Origin: a virus
Taxonomy: Duplodnaviria > Caudoviricetes
Direction: 5' to 3' (one strand)
DNA length: 49,029 nt
Virus record (IMG/VR): IMGVR_UViG_3300022852_000007
Coordinates: 1 to 49,029 of that record
Shown: positions 1 to 9,978 of the stretch, one piece after another
Layout: the number at the start of each line of letters is the position of its first letter
How positions within the stretch are numbered: the stretch's first letter is position 1
The notes under the pieces: model-generated
What the model was told of the DNA's origin: nothing
The model's input: the letters and a program-made list of their open reading frames with translations, nothing else
Databases searched by the model: none
Made by a program: the position numbers and the translations under genes

Positions 1-2068
1 TGGGGTCGCCAGAGCCATTAACGTTGATAACGATGGCGCGCTCTCCAATGGTGATCGAGCGGTCGCCTGGTTGGGCTTGGTTGACGACGTTGTCGCCGAA
101 CTTCCGCATCAGGTCAAGGCCCGTCTGTTGCTCACGAAGCTCGGTCATAAGCGCTGACCTTTGCTGTTGCGGCAGGCCAACGGTTTGAAGTTGTCGGTGC
201 AAGTCGGCGATCTGGTTCTGATAGCCTGCATCAAGTTGTTGACGAGTCCATTCAACATCGCCGCGATTGACGCCACCGAGACGGAGCTGGCCAGATGGAA
301 CGCCAAGACGGGCTGCCATGTTTTCTTGGACAGAGTTCAACTGCATCTTGTTGCGCGATTCGCCAATACTCGTTGGCGTGGAGTCCCCGAGCACCTTTCC
401 AGGATAAGCATTGGTCTTTGGTCCCCATCCGGTCCTATCCGGGCCTGCGTGATACATCATCAATGCTTCCCTTATGTTGCCGCCAGTTGCCTTAAGGTTA
501 TCAGCCAGAAGTTTGGCGCCACCCATGATGTTTTGCTCTGGGTCAAACGAGTTGGAAATTCCAAGTCCGCGCTTGTTTGCTGGCATGATCTGCATCAGCC
601 CTTCGGCGCCAACTTCGCTGATGGCATTTGGGTTGAATGAGCTTTCGGTCTTGATGACGCGACGGATTAGGTCGGATGAGATCCCCCACTTGGCAGCGGC
701 CCTTTCGATGATTGCATCATACTGCGAGGATTGGCCAGGGCCGATGGTATTGTTGGCAGCGGCCTGCGTACCCAACCCAGCGGCTCGCCCGATTTCGCCT
801 GCCCAGGATGCCCACGCCTGGCGCTCATCGATGGCGTTGGCGAATGTAGCTACAGCACCAGAGAACATGTTAATCGCCAGTTGCATGTCACTTGCAATCT
901 GCTTACCAGAAGCGTTGCTTTTGTCTGCCTGGTCAATCAACTTGTCAGCAGCTTCGCCGACTTTATCTGCGCCCTTGCCTTGTTCAGATCCCCTGTTGTC
1001 GTTGAGGACTACTGGAACCGGTTTGGCAGGTTTGTCGCCATCCTTTTTGGACAGGAAGTCTGGGAGCCAACTTCCGTCTTTGACCTTATCCCACAAAGAG
1101 AACAGGCCAGGCCGCATGATGAAGTTCTTTACAAGACCCTCTGTCATCGGCACAGTGCCAGTTCGTTTGTTGATCTCTTCTGCCATCTGTATGCCTTTCG
1201 GCAGTAGATCGGCAAAATGACTCATCAAGCCAACAAGCCTTGTAAAGTTTGGCAGGAGTTTCTGTGCAAGAATCTGTTCAATTTCTTTGAACTTCTCACC
1301 CATTTGGGCGAGAGTGTCATTGAACTTTGCCATGGTCTTTTCGGATTCGGTGCGCTTCTGAATTTCTGAAGCGGACATCTCAGTGACCTTGCCGACTGAA
1401 GGCCCCAGCTTTTGCAGCGTCAAGGCAAAGTCCTTGGACATGTTGAGCGAGTCTGCAATGCCTTGGACTTCCTGCTTGCTCATGCCTTGGAACTTGGTTG
1501 CGAGCTGGGTTAGCGCGTCGTTGGTTCCGGTCTGCCCCTTGCCCCTTGCTCCTGGGTCAATGCCAAGCATTCGCAGGGTTCGGGCCTCGGTCCCCATACG
1601 GGTTGGGTCGGTATAGGCGCTTGTCAGGAACTGGGTGAAGCCGCGAACGCCCTCTGCAGTCTGTTCGCGGCTTACATTGCCGTCAGAGTTCTTGACAAAC
1701 TTTCGCTGGTACTCTTCAAGCCTTACACCTGATACGCCAACGCCCATGCCTTCCAGGCGCTGCTGTGAGAGTTGTTCGCGATAGTTCATGACGGCCTTGA
1801 CGCCGACAGCCAGTGCGCCCACCGCCACTCCAGCAAGAACGAACTGGCCGCGCATAACCCTTACTGCGCTGCTCAACTTGTCAACGCCAGGAATTATGCG
1901 AGCGAGTTCGTCAGAGGCGCCACTCGCAAACTCTTCAAACTCCTTCCTGCCGTGACTTGCCTCTTCGTTGGTCTTCTTTACCTTTTCATTCAGCTGCTCA
2001 AGGCGCTGGATGGCGTCCTTTAAATCGACCGAATACTGCAGAACAAACTTGTCGAGTTCGGACGCCAT
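1..2068 (-). CDS. Tape measure protein with soluble lytic transglycosylase (SLT) domain; 3' end outside window
   Basis: Not in ORF track (no stop in window). ATG at 2068 after GGAG; translates MASELDKFVLQYSVDLKDAIQRLEQL..., helical N-terminus, then YDAIIERAAAKWGISSDLIRRVIKTESSFNPNAISEVGAEGLMQIMP (SLT ES and GLMQ motifs, ~390-725); follows tail chaperone. Confidence 0.9.
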   Translation of the reverse strand, partial: MASELDKFVLQYSVDLKDAIQRLEQLNEKVKKTNEEASHGRKEFEEFASGASDELARIIPGVDKLSSAVRVMRGQFVLAGVAVGALAVGVKAVMNYREQLSQQRLEGMGVGVSGVRLEEYQRKFVKNSDGNVSREQTAEGVRGFTQFLTSAYTDPTRMGTEARTLRMLGIDPGARGKGQTGTNDALTQLATKFQGMSKQEVQGIADSLNMSKDFALTLQKLGPSVGKVTEMSASEIQKRTESEKTMAKFNDTLAQMGEKFKEIEQILAQKLLPNFTRLVGLMSHFADLLPKGIQMAEEINKRTGTVPMTEGLVKNFIMRPGLFSLWDKVKDGSWLPDFLSKKDGDKPAKPVPVVLNDNRGSEQGKGADKVGEAADKLIDQADKSNASGKQIASDMQLAINMFSGAVATFANAIDERQAWASWAGEIGRAAGLGTQAAANNTIGPGQSSQYDAIIERAAAKWGISSDLIRRVIKTESSFNPNAISEVGAEGLMQIMPANKRGLGISNSFDPEQNIMGGAKLLADNLKATGGNIREALMMYHAGPDRTGWGPKTNAYPGKVLGDSTPTSIGESRNKMQLNSVQENMAARLGVPSGQLRLGGVNRGDVEWTRQQLDAGYQNQIADLHRQLQTVGLPQQQRSALMTELREQQTGLDLMRKFGDNVVNQAQPGDRSITIGERAIVINVNGSGDP

Positions 2069-2074
2069 GAATAA

Positions 2075-2512
2075 TTACTCCTTGGGTTGTGCTTCTTTCG
2101 ACTGATCAATGGCAACAAGGGCCGGACCCATAAGTTTAATGGCTTCCGCGACAAAGGCAATTGCCATCTCAGCACCTGCCTGCACCCAGTAGTCAGGGTT
2201 GTTGGCGTGGGTCTTTGGATCGATTCCGTTGGCCAGCAAAATGCCTTGGAAAACCTTTTCCACGTTCTGCCAGGACTGCAAGTGGTTGTCAATCAATGCA
2301 TCGGTTGTAAGCGGAATTTGCTTATCGCCGTTGCGGACCTTTGCATATCGCAAAACCTCAAGGGTATAAGCCCGTCGATATTGCCCGTCACGACTCGCGG
2401 CAAACTCCACGAAACGCCGTTGCATCTCCCAGCCGACTAATGCGTCAAAGAGTTCGATTTCAATGATCTTGGTTTGATCGCCGGAAACTTGAATTTCAAT
2501 GCTTTTTGTCAC
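2075..2512 (-). CDS. Putative tail assembly chaperone
   Basis: 145 aa, directly upstream of tape measure; position-based. Confidence 0.6.
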   Translation of the reverse strand: MTKSIEIQVSGDQTKIIEIELFDALVGWEMQRRFVEFAASRDGQYRRAYTLEVLRYAKVRNGDKQIPLTTDALIDNHLQSWQNVEKVFQGILLANGIDPKTHANNPDYWVQAGAEMAIAFVAEAIKLMGPALVAIDQSKEAQPKE

Positions 2513-3081
2513 AACAGACTTCCAATTTTGGCTCGAACCCTATCATACAACTCAGCCGCGCCTTCGGTCAAGGACTTTGGTTGCTGGATTCGCATTCCGT
2601 ACACAGAGTCGTTTACTGGCTCTGCAGGATCAAAGTTGACCGGTATATAAGGCGCAACCTGCTGCCACTCAATGACCAACTTCGCCGCAGACAAAACTTC
2701 GTCAGAGTGCTCAATATCCAAGTTGAGCAGCGTCATGTTATCTGCAATAATTTCTTTCGTTGTGATCGAAAAGGTGTATATAGGGATTTTGTGGGCAAGA
2801 ATCAACGCCTCAATGGTGCTGATGTTATTGGAGTATGCTGTGACTCGCATAAACATCGGCCTGAGGACTTTGCCAGTTTGCAGATCAGAATCCAAAAGCG
2901 TTTGATAGCTTGTTTCATCCGTTACTGGTTGCGTCGACATTGGGTGATCAGTGGCCAACGCGCCAGAGTCTATTTCGACTTTGGCAATACTTAGATCGCT
3001 GAACGCAGGATATCCTGTTGCGTCCTGAAGAACACTAAAAAGGCGCGTTCCTAGCAGCGATGTAATTAAGTTAGCGGCCAT
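2509..3081 (-). CDS. Baseplate/tube-initiator (Dit-like) protein
   Basis: 190 aa, GGAG RBS; resembles adjacent 3101-3646 gene; PB1-like order. Confidence 0.6.
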   Translation of the reverse strand: MAANLITSLLGTRLFSVLQDATGYPAFSDLSIAKVEIDSGALATDHPMSTQPVTDETSYQTLLDSDLQTGKVLRPMFMRVTAYSNNISTIEALILAHKIPIYTFSITTKEIIADNMTLLNLDIEHSDEVLSAAKLVIEWQQVAPYIPVNFDPAEPVNDSVYGMRIQQPKSLTEGAAELYDRVRAKIGSLL

Positions 3082-3100
3082 AGGGTAAGCTCCAGGCGGG

Positions 3101-3646
3101 TTAAGAGCCGGCTACAATGTCGCTTAAGCTCTGTGAAACGTCGGCCCAAAGGTCTTCGGCACCGGCCTGGGCTTCTTCAAGGAACCCAATGCCACGGTCG
3201 ATAAGGCTTGTGTCAGCGGCTTGGGCGAACACCACAGAGTCGATTCCCTCAATGAACACCTGCTTGAAATCAAGTCTTATTGGCGCTGCTGAAATGACTT
3301 CCGGGGATTGGGCCAAACCTTCGGTGACAAGCAGCATGTTTGGAAGGATCAGGCCGCGTGAAGTTATTGTGTATAGTGTGTTTCTGTTGCTAAGCATGGA
3401 CGCAAGTGAAAGCAGCGTGCTTGCGTCGTTCGCGTACCCAATGACTGAGAGCTGGGCTGGACGTATCACCCTGGTATCAACCTTGGTGATACCACTCTCC
3501 ATTGTGTGACCCATGACGTTAGAAGGAAAACGAATGTTAACTCGTTTCGTCTTAAAGTCTGGCATCACCTGCCTGCTGTTTGCAGCATCGACCACTTTGA
3601 GCTTGTTGCTGTCTGAGAACAGGCCTGTCAGCAGGTTATTTGCCAT
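3101..3646 (-). CDS. Baseplate/tube-initiator (Dit-like) protein
   Basis: 181 aa; HTMESG...DTRVIRP motif typical of Dit-like tube proteins; start overlaps upstream stop. Confidence 0.6.
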   Translation of the reverse strand: MANNLLTGLFSDSNKLKVVDAANSRQVMPDFKTKRVNIRFPSNVMGHTMESGITKVDTRVIRPAQLSVIGYANDASTLLSLASMLSNRNTLYTITSRGLILPNMLLVTEGLAQSPEVISAAPIRLDFKQVFIEGIDSVVFAQAADTSLIDRGIGFLEEAQAGAEDLWADVSQSLSDIVAGS

Positions 3647-4143
3647 TAGAAGATTTCCAACGCCGCGCTGCCGACCGTGGCCAATGCTTGCTTGATGCTC
3701 TGCGTTCCGGCGAACGATCCAAATGCGAATCTATAAACATTGCCCTTTTTGCGCCCGCTCGACTGGATGCTATCGACAATCGGGCCATTCACAATGGTGC
3801 CATTGGACAATGTAACAAATCCATTGTTCGGATAGTTGATGACCATCGACGTTACGTCACCGATGGGAAGTAAATTCTGGCCGCCCTTTTTGGTCTGCAA
3901 AAGGACTTTCAGGTTTTCATCGTCTTCGCTGCCTGGGATGACAGCGACATCAACGATGACAGGGGATGCCTTGTCAAATGCAAACAAGGAGCCGTCGTAC
4001 ATCATTTCGTATCCGATGGCATCCAAGTTCTCTGCTGAGATTGGATCCTCATCATCAGCGAACTGGGACACGGAAAAACCTTGTGGGAATGTTTCAAGGG
4101 CCACAATGTAAACCCCTGTTCCGAATCCGCTGATGTTGATCAT
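3646..4143 (-). CDS. Tail-tube paralog (baseplate-associated)
   Basis: MINISGFG...FPQGFSVSQFADDEDP aligns by eye with tube protein 5183-5632 (MINVSGFG...FPAGFPVTAFADDSDP). Confidence 0.75.
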   Translation of the reverse strand: MINISGFGTGVYIVALETFPQGFSVSQFADDEDPISAENLDAIGYEMMYDGSLFAFDKASPVIVDVAVIPGSEDDENLKVLLQTKKGGQNLLPIGDVTSMVINYPNNGFVTLSNGTIVNGPIVDSIQSSGRKKGNVYRFAFGSFAGTQSIKQALATVGSAALEIF

Positions 4144-4152
4144 GCTTGCACC

Positions 4153-4509
4153 TTACTTCTTGGTGTCTTTGGAATCGGACTCTTTCTTGGCCTGCCCTGC
4201 AGCAGCCTTGGAGTCGGCATCTTTCTTGGCCTGCTCTGCAGCGGCCTTGTCGGCATCCTCCTGGGCCAAGCGGGCCGACTCATCCGCAGCGGCCTTGTCA
4301 GCTGCCTCTTGCTCAAGTCGGCGCTGCTCTTCGATCTGCTCACGGGTCAGCGATGCATCCACCGGCTCAACGGTGGATGCAAAGGGGTTCGCAGGAAGCT
4401 GGTCCAAGGTCGGGTTGAAGGTCGGCAAAGGCTCGTTGATGCGCTTGTTGTTGTTGGCCATTACCAGGACGCCGCCAGCGAATTGCACCATATGGTTCTT
4501 CGTTTTCAT
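4153..4509 (-). CDS. Hypothetical protein with Ala/Lys/Asp-rich C-terminus
   Basis: 118 aa, GAGGAAG RBS, ADKAAA repeats. Confidence 0.7.
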   Translation of the reverse strand: MKTKNHMVQFAGGVLVMANNNKRINEPLPTFNPTLDQLPANPFASTVEPVDASLTREQIEEQRRLEQEAADKAAADESARLAQEDADKAAAEQAKKDADSKAAAGQAKKESDSKDTKK

Positions 4510-4510
4510 G

Positions 4511-4861
4511 TCACTTCCTCACTGTCAATGGGCCATAGATTGTCATGATTTCGGCAACAAAGTTGAAATCATTCTCTTCTATGGTTATGGTCAAACTGTT
4601 TATGCTAACTACATCAGGGCAAGACACAATTGCGTTTGCCAGTGATTGCCGCGCCGCGCCATAATTTTGTTGGGGTGTGAATACCGTGCCAAGCCAGTCA
4701 ACCCCGTTGGCGACGTTGTAGATATCCTCAGTAGTTCGCATCAGCGTCTTGTGCTTAATGTCTTGCTCGCACGCTGCTGCGCCAGTGAGTATTGTCAGAT
4801 TTCTTCCGTCTGGGAGAAACAGGTCATTGTTCTCGTTTGCCTGGAGGGTTGAAGTTGCCAT
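4511..4861 (-). CDS. Putative sheath-initiator/baseplate wedge (gp25-like)
   Basis: 116 aa; GVDWL and AEIMTIYG motifs; position. Confidence 0.6.
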   Translation of the reverse strand: MATSTLQANENNDLFLPDGRNLTILTGAAACEQDIKHKTLMRTTEDIYNVANGVDWLGTVFTPQQNYGAARQSLANAIVSCPDVVSINSLTITIEENDFNFVAEIMTIYGPLTVRK

Positions 4862-5181
4862 CAGCTCTCCTTCACGAGCTGGTTGTATGCTTCCAACTCA
4901 GCATTTGTCAGATAAAAAAGTCGGCAAGATGTGCCGAATTCCGTCCAGTCTGGATCAGAATCAAAAACAAAGTTCCCGAACCTTGGCAAATAAAGATGCC
5001 GATATGGGAGAATTGGAATCCCGCTGAAGCAACGAACAGAGTCAATCAACTTGACGCCGTCCCTGGAGACATCCGCATGCATCATAGATACACACTGGAA
5101 AAGTCTAATCTGCCAGTAAGCTCCATCAACGTTGAACGAGATGGATTGATTTGCTAGAGTTGCCAGCGGGACTTGGAACAT
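4861..5181 (-). CDS. Small baseplate protein
   Basis: 106 aa; VPL...NQSISFNVDG...PDWTEFG...LFYL pattern of myovirus baseplate plug proteins. Confidence 0.6.
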   Translation of the reverse strand: MFQVPLATLANQSISFNVDGAYWQIRLFQCVSMMHADVSRDGVKLIDSVRCFSGIPILPYRHLYLPRFGNFVFDSDPDWTEFGTSCRLFYLTNAELEAYNQLVKES

Positions 5182-5182
5182 A

Positions 5183-5632
5183 TTATTGACCGGCCTTCGT
5201 GACAGTCTCGAAACGGAAGCGGTATTGGCGGGTTTTGATCCGCCCTGCCTGGGTAACTACCGGAACCAGGCTGCCACTGACGATGGTGCCTTTCGAGCAA
5301 GTAACCGTCATGCCGGACGGGTAGTTGAAGACAATGCCGATGGTCTCCTGGGTGGATGTTTTGCCTTTGCTGACGCGGTTTGCCTCCAGCAAGGCATCCA
5401 GGTTGACATCGTCATCGCTGGTCGGGATGACGTTCACCACCACTTCCACGCCTTCTGCTTTTTGCCAAACAACCAGGTCGCCGTTGAGGCCCATACCGGT
5501 ATCGGCAATTTGCAGGTCTGGGCTCTCCATTGGATCGCTGTCATCTGCGAAAGCGGTCACCGGAAATCCGGCGGGGAATGTTGTGGTGGCAGTCACCTGT
5601 GCTACAAGGCCAAAGCCTGAAACGTTGATCAT
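5183..5632 (-). CDS. Tail tube protein
   Basis: 149 aa directly after sheath; AGGAGAGG RBS and own promoter; MGLNGDLVVW motif. Confidence 0.85.
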   Translation of the reverse strand: MINVSGFGLVAQVTATTTFPAGFPVTAFADDSDPMESPDLQIADTGMGLNGDLVVWQKAEGVEVVVNVIPTSDDDVNLDALLEANRVSKGKTSTQETIGIVFNYPSGMTVTCSKGTIVSGSLVPVVTQAGRIKTRQYRFRFETVTKAGQ

Positions 5633-5655
5633 GTTGCCTCTCCTGTGTAAGGCGA

Positions 5656-5684
5656 ATTATAACGCGGCTGGAGCAGGAAGCCAA
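5656..5684 (-). promoter_or_regulatory. sigma70-like promoter for tube gene (TTGGCT-N17-TATAAT), hairpin-embedded
   Basis: -35 at 5684-5679, -10 at 5661-5656. Confidence 0.7.
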
Positions 5685-5706
5685 CGGGAAACCTGCTCCA
5701 TGCAGC

Positions 5707-7224
5707 TTAGATCAGAATGTCACTGCCGTTGACCTTGCGGATGGCATCACCCTTCGCATACAGCAGTACATAATTTGCGTACCACTCAGTGAGGCCACTG
5801 TTGGTGTTGACTTCGCTGCGGAACTCAACGTTGATCCAGTAGCCTGCGTTCTGGATCTGGCGCCAAGCGTTGATGTCGCCGCTGACAGCGGTGATGTACT
5901 GTCGCTGCTGGACCGTCAAGGTTTTGCCAACCGAGATCACGCCGTTGAGAAGTGCCAGATCGATGGAGTTTTGCAACACACCAAGGATCATGCCTTTGCC
6001 GATTGGGTTGGCAGGAATGGCCGGCATCGCACGCAGGAGCGCCAGGATGTTGGCGGCACAGGACGACTTCAACCACATTTCGTTGGCGTAGACGTTCATG
6101 TCAACGGCAGCAGTAACGCCACCACAAAGCACGCCGCGCTGGTAGAATGCCAGCTGTTGGCCGTTTGCCTGGGTCTTACCGATATAGTTGCCACGGTAAG
6201 CATCAGCGGTGTTGGCGGTCGGGTCATCGCTGATGGTGGCATTGCGCGCGTCGAATTCATAGAACATATAGTTCTGGTTCGCCGAAGGGCGATTGAAGTC
6301 GGTGGCAGCCAGGATTTCGCAAGGCGACTGCTCAATGTAGTCGTTTGGCATGGTCGTGGAGAGAACGTTCAGTGCGCAGCCCGAATAGCCCTTGACCAGG
6401 CCGAACAACACACCAAGATTGCTCAGCGGCGTCGGCACGCTGTACATGAACATGTTGTTCTGCGCGTGGTTCCAGGCTGCGACATCAGCAATGTCGTCAT
6501 TTTCGAGTTGGCCGGTGCTGGCCGCGAACAGGAACGAGCCGAAGTTGGTGCTGATGCCAGCCGACTTTGCGATGGCTTGTTCAGGCGCGTCAGCCGATTG
6601 GCCGGACACCAGAACTGTGCCGGCAGTTGCCCAGCCGATTTTTTGCGAAAGGTCGGTGGACAGGCCAGTTGGGGTGCAGGTCAGGACGCCCGAGCCTGGG
6701 TTTGTGCCAGTAAGCACGAACTGGTTGGTGTTGGTGTTGTAAGTCACCGTCGCGCTGGCCAGCTGGGCGTTTGCACTTGCGCGGATGGCCGTTTGCAGCG
6801 CAGCGGCAACATCGGTCAGCGTGGTGGCGGTGGCCAGGTTGATGTTGTTGATTTGGACGGCAACATCACCGTTGTTCAAGGTGAGGCTGCCATCAGATAC
6901 GCTCAGCCCGGTGAGCGATTTCGGCAAGCTGTCGCCAACGATCATCGGCGGGATGTCGATGTCAACCCAGCGAGCGAAGCTGATGCTGCCTGGAGATGTC
7001 ACCAGCTTGCTGATGAATCCGAAATACGCAACGGCACGCTTGTACTCTTCGGAATTGATGCCGAAGTACACGCCGACAGTATCGGCATCGGCGAACTCTG
7101 CAACGATGCCTGGCGGGATCGAAGCGCTGTTGGTGATGATTCGCAAGATGTACTTGCGATCCACGGCAGTTGCACCAGCGCCAACGCCGGTGACAATGTC
7201 GATATATCGAGTTTGGCTGATCAC
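5707..7224 (-). CDS. Tail sheath protein (DUF3383-like)
   Basis: 505 aa, GTG start after AGGAG; YFGINSEEYKRAVAYFG and C-terminal YAKGDAIRKVNGSDILI typical of this sheath family. Confidence 0.9.
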   Translation of the reverse strand: MISQTRYIDIVTGVGAGATAVDRKYILRIITNSASIPPGIVAEFADADTVGVYFGINSEEYKRAVAYFGFISKLVTSPGSISFARWVDIDIPPMIVGDSLPKSLTGLSVSDGSLTLNNGDVAVQINNINLATATTLTDVAAALQTAIRASANAQLASATVTYNTNTNQFVLTGTNPGSGVLTCTPTGLSTDLSQKIGWATAGTVLVSGQSADAPEQAIAKSAGISTNFGSFLFAASTGQLENDDIADVAAWNHAQNNMFMYSVPTPLSNLGVLFGLVKGYSGCALNVLSTTMPNDYIEQSPCEILAATDFNRPSANQNYMFYEFDARNATISDDPTANTADAYRGNYIGKTQANGQQLAFYQRGVLCGGVTAAVDMNVYANEMWLKSSCAANILALLRAMPAIPANPIGKGMILGVLQNSIDLALLNGVISVGKTLTVQQRQYITAVSGDINAWRQIQNAGYWINVEFRSEVNTNSGLTEWYANYVLLYAKGDAIRKVNGSDILI

Positions 7225-7238
7225 TTGTGTGACTCCTG

Positions 7239-7820
7239 TTAAGTAACTTTGCTGGTGACCGATTGGAGCATGTGAGAGTCTCTAATCAGTGGCTTGTTGA
7301 AACCTTTCGCCGCGACAGTAGACTTTGCATTTGGCGCCCAATTGCCGTTGACTATGCTCTTTGCAATGCAGCCTTCCAAGGCCAATCCTATTTGACCCAA
7401 CGCTTTGTCGGGCGTTATTTTGCCGGAAATTAGGTCACGCGCAATTTTGGACTGAATCTGCAGTCGCATTTGGCTGAACATGCTCCACGCGAACCGCATA
7501 AACGGTCTGGCAGGAATCACGATCTGATGCGCTTTTGTGACTTCGTGCTCGCCACTGAAGTCGTCTCTGACGAAGCGCGTGCCAACAAAACGACCACCAA
7601 CCACAGCATCCCTAATATACTTTGTTCCGCCTGGGTGGTCTATAACGCCGCCGTATTCCTGCAAGCGGGCGTTGGCTGCAACCGACCTTCCTTCGCCACC
7701 TCCTGGCCCGGTCGGATATCGGTCGGACTCAAACCAACCAGCCTCAACGGACTTTCCCTTTAACGCAGAAAGCGCGTTTATGTGTGCCTTGATGAGTTTT
7801 GAATCAGCACTTAATGCCAT
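7239..7820 (-). CDS. Neck/tail-completion protein
   Basis: 193 aa; A..QEYG, IPARPF, KGFNKPLIRD motifs. Confidence 0.75.
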   Translation of the reverse strand: MALSADSKLIKAHINALSALKGKSVEAGWFESDRYPTGPGGGEGRSVAANARLQEYGGVIDHPGGTKYIRDAVVGGRFVGTRFVRDDFSGEHEVTKAHQIVIPARPFMRFAWSMFSQMRLQIQSKIARDLISGKITPDKALGQIGLALEGCIAKSIVNGNWAPNAKSTVAAKGFNKPLIRDSHMLQSVTSKVT

Positions 7821-7831
7821 ACAGCCTCCAA

Positions 7832-8410
7832 TCAGATCGGCTGTCCATTTCCGTCAAATCCGTTTATGTTGGATATTGGAATCTCAACCCCTTCAACTTC
7901 CGTCACATATGGCACGACAAACTCTATGGACTTGATGTATGTGAACACCATATCAAAGCTTGGGTGTTGCTGAATCAGATCCTTGTCGTTTGTCATGGGC
8001 GGGTTGACCACATCACTTATTCGCAAGATACCTATTCCGCGTGACCCAAGATCCCACAGGATGTTTCTGCTGCCAAGGTACATCTTCAACTTGTTTACGA
8101 CATCAAGCGCGGTTGGAACAGAAAGGTCGTTGACGTTCTGTTGAACAAGCGCGCTGATTTGAAAGTGTGACTGGTATACTTGTGTCTCAAGCTCTTTGAA
8201 CTCCCCCTGGCCTTCATCAAAGTAGTTCTTTGTGATGGAGGTTCCATAGGGGATATCAAACAACTTTTCAAAAAACACCGCAGTTCCGCTGCTGGGTATG
8301 CCTTGTTGGTTGGGATCGTTCTTTTGAATAACTATGAACGACCAACCGAACATGACAATGGCGGCATCCAGTTTGGTGGCAAGCTCTGCGATTAGTTGGT
8401 TATCGTCCAT
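7832..8410 (-). CDS. Tail terminator/gateway protein
   Basis: 192 aa; QQG, FQISAL, PSFD motifs; position before tail-completion and sheath. Confidence 0.7.
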   Translation of the reverse strand: MDDNQLIAELATKLDAAIVMFGWSFIVIQKNDPNQQGIPSSGTAVFFEKLFDIPYGTSITKNYFDEGQGEFKELETQVYQSHFQISALVQQNVNDLSVPTALDVVNKLKMYLGSRNILWDLGSRGIGILRISDVVNPPMTNDKDLIQQHPSFDMVFTYIKSIEFVVPYVTEVEGVEIPISNINGFDGNGQPI

Positions 8411-8423
8411 ATTTCACCCGGTA

Positions 8424-9971
8424 TCAGGAAAGTACAACCCAGCCAGTGAGCGAGGTTCCTGTGTTCTTTCTCCAGTTCGTTGCACCAGAGGCCCCATCAA
8501 GCTGAATGTATATGCTTCCTGGGCTTGACTCCACGACACCTTCTGGCGAGCCGTTGCCTGCGGTTATGAACACGCCAGGGGCAAGCATTATACGCTTGAA
8601 ATATCCATCTTTCATATACCTTGAATTTTGACCAAGATCCTGCTCGCCATTGGTCATCGGTCGCAGGCCGCGTGTCGTTGGGTTGATCTCAAAGTCGTCA
8701 ACGTTGTTCGTTCCAAGAGCCAGATACGCCCCTGGAACGCCAGCGCGAATTGAAAGACGCAGCGAGTTCACATATATGTTGCCAATCTCCGTCCACAAAC
8801 GGCGGAAGCGCTGGATGATGCCGGATGCCTTGGTGTTCAGGTCGCTAGAATCCATCAAGCCCAGAGCGTGCACCCTGAACACAGAAGGGGTAAGCGAGCT
8901 GCCAGAGCGGATTCCAACGCAAACGCGGGTTACGCCGCGCCAGGTGACCATTTGCATGCCTTCTGGCTCATAGCTGATGCCTGTGCCGTCTGCGGCAGCT
9001 TCCGTTGAGCCAACCATGAAGTTCATGTTTGCTTCAAGAACTTCACCAGACTTCATGTCATACTTGAAGCATCGGCGCGGCTCAACGGCAAATCCATTGC
9101 CTCCTGACACCCCATACACGCTCTTGTTGTCGCAGCAAAGGCCCTGGATGGGGAATGTGGACGGCACATACAAGGTCTTCAGATCAATCTCATACAGGAA
9201 GTTCTGCGAGTGATCGCCAGGACCAGCCGCAACCATCGCAGCACGATCCCAGATGCGGCAAATCACAGTGTCAACGCCGACTATCTTGGCATGACCAACC
9301 ACATAGACGCCACCCAAGCTGAGCGCGTCAAAGCAGCTGACGTCTGTGTTGAATCCATCAGCAGAAGAAAACAGCTGATATTTTTCGACAGCAGATGGAG
9401 TTCCGCCTGGGGCATAGTCAAATCGGTTCACGATCAACTTGTTGTCGCCGTCAGTGCACCAAAGTTTGACGGCGTTATTTGCAAGGTTTTCGACGGCAAG
9501 CCCCTGGTGCCCGTACATTCTGTCTGGTAGTGCTACCGACTCCTGCTGGCGATTGATGCCGTCTCCATCCATTGGGTATCGGGTGATGATGCCCAAATTG
9601 ACAGGCTGATCATTCTCGTGCAGAGTATACCAGAACCGATTAACTTCGTCAGCTGCGAAATACTGGATTTCGCGCTGGGCGCCGTAAAGCGCATTGTATG
9701 CTTCATCGCCGGTTGCCCGGATCAAGTTGGCAATGGGTGCATATCGGTTTCCGACATCACTCACAGTATCGGTCGAAAACTGGTTGACTGCTGCAGCTGC
9801 AGATGCTGCCGAAATAGCCTTGGCTTCAGATGTTGCAGCAGAATCTTTCGATGCTGCTGCTGCCGTGGCCGATGTTTGCGACTGGCTTATGGCGGCGATT
9901 GCTTGGTTTGCAAGATCGGCGTTACTTGCCACCAAGTTGTCAACTGATTGCGCTAATTGTTCGTATGACAT
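8424..9971 (-). CDS. Receptor-binding/fibre protein 2 (beta-propeller-like domain)
   Basis: Likely start ATG 9971 (MSYEQLAQS) after GAGAG; short coiled coil, then GHQGLAVE...IQGLCCD...YEPEG domain shared with the 9979-13077 protein; C-terminal GNGSPEG...GSIY...TGW. Confidence 0.75.
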   Translation of the reverse strand: MSYEQLAQSVDNLVASNADLANQAIAAISQSQTSATAAAASKDSAATSEAKAISAASAAAAVNQFSTDTVSDVGNRYAPIANLIRATGDEAYNALYGAQREIQYFAADEVNRFWYTLHENDQPVNLGIITRYPMDGDGINRQQESVALPDRMYGHQGLAVENLANNAVKLWCTDGDNKLIVNRFDYAPGGTPSAVEKYQLFSSADGFNTDVSCFDALSLGGVYVVGHAKIVGVDTVICRIWDRAAMVAAGPGDHSQNFLYEIDLKTLYVPSTFPIQGLCCDNKSVYGVSGGNGFAVEPRRCFKYDMKSGEVLEANMNFMVGSTEAAADGTGISYEPEGMQMVTWRGVTRVCVGIRSGSSLTPSVFRVHALGLMDSSDLNTKASGIIQRFRRLWTEIGNIYVNSLRLSIRAGVPGAYLALGTNNVDDFEINPTTRGLRPMTNGEQDLGQNSRYMKDGYFKRIMLAPGVFITAGNGSPEGVVESSPGSIYIQLDGASGATNWRKNTGTSLTGWVVLS

Positions 9972-9978
9972 AAAACTC

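Noticed and set aside
2069-2512. Programmed frameshift in tail chaperone
   Set aside because: Tape measure starts 7 nt after the stop, leaving no room for an extended product.
5971-7242. Long antisense ORFs (also 14524-15726, 15693-16535, 25297-26094, 45750-46613, 46947-47843, 474-1220)
   Set aside because: Shadows of codon-biased genes on the other strand; no RBS or recognisable motifs.
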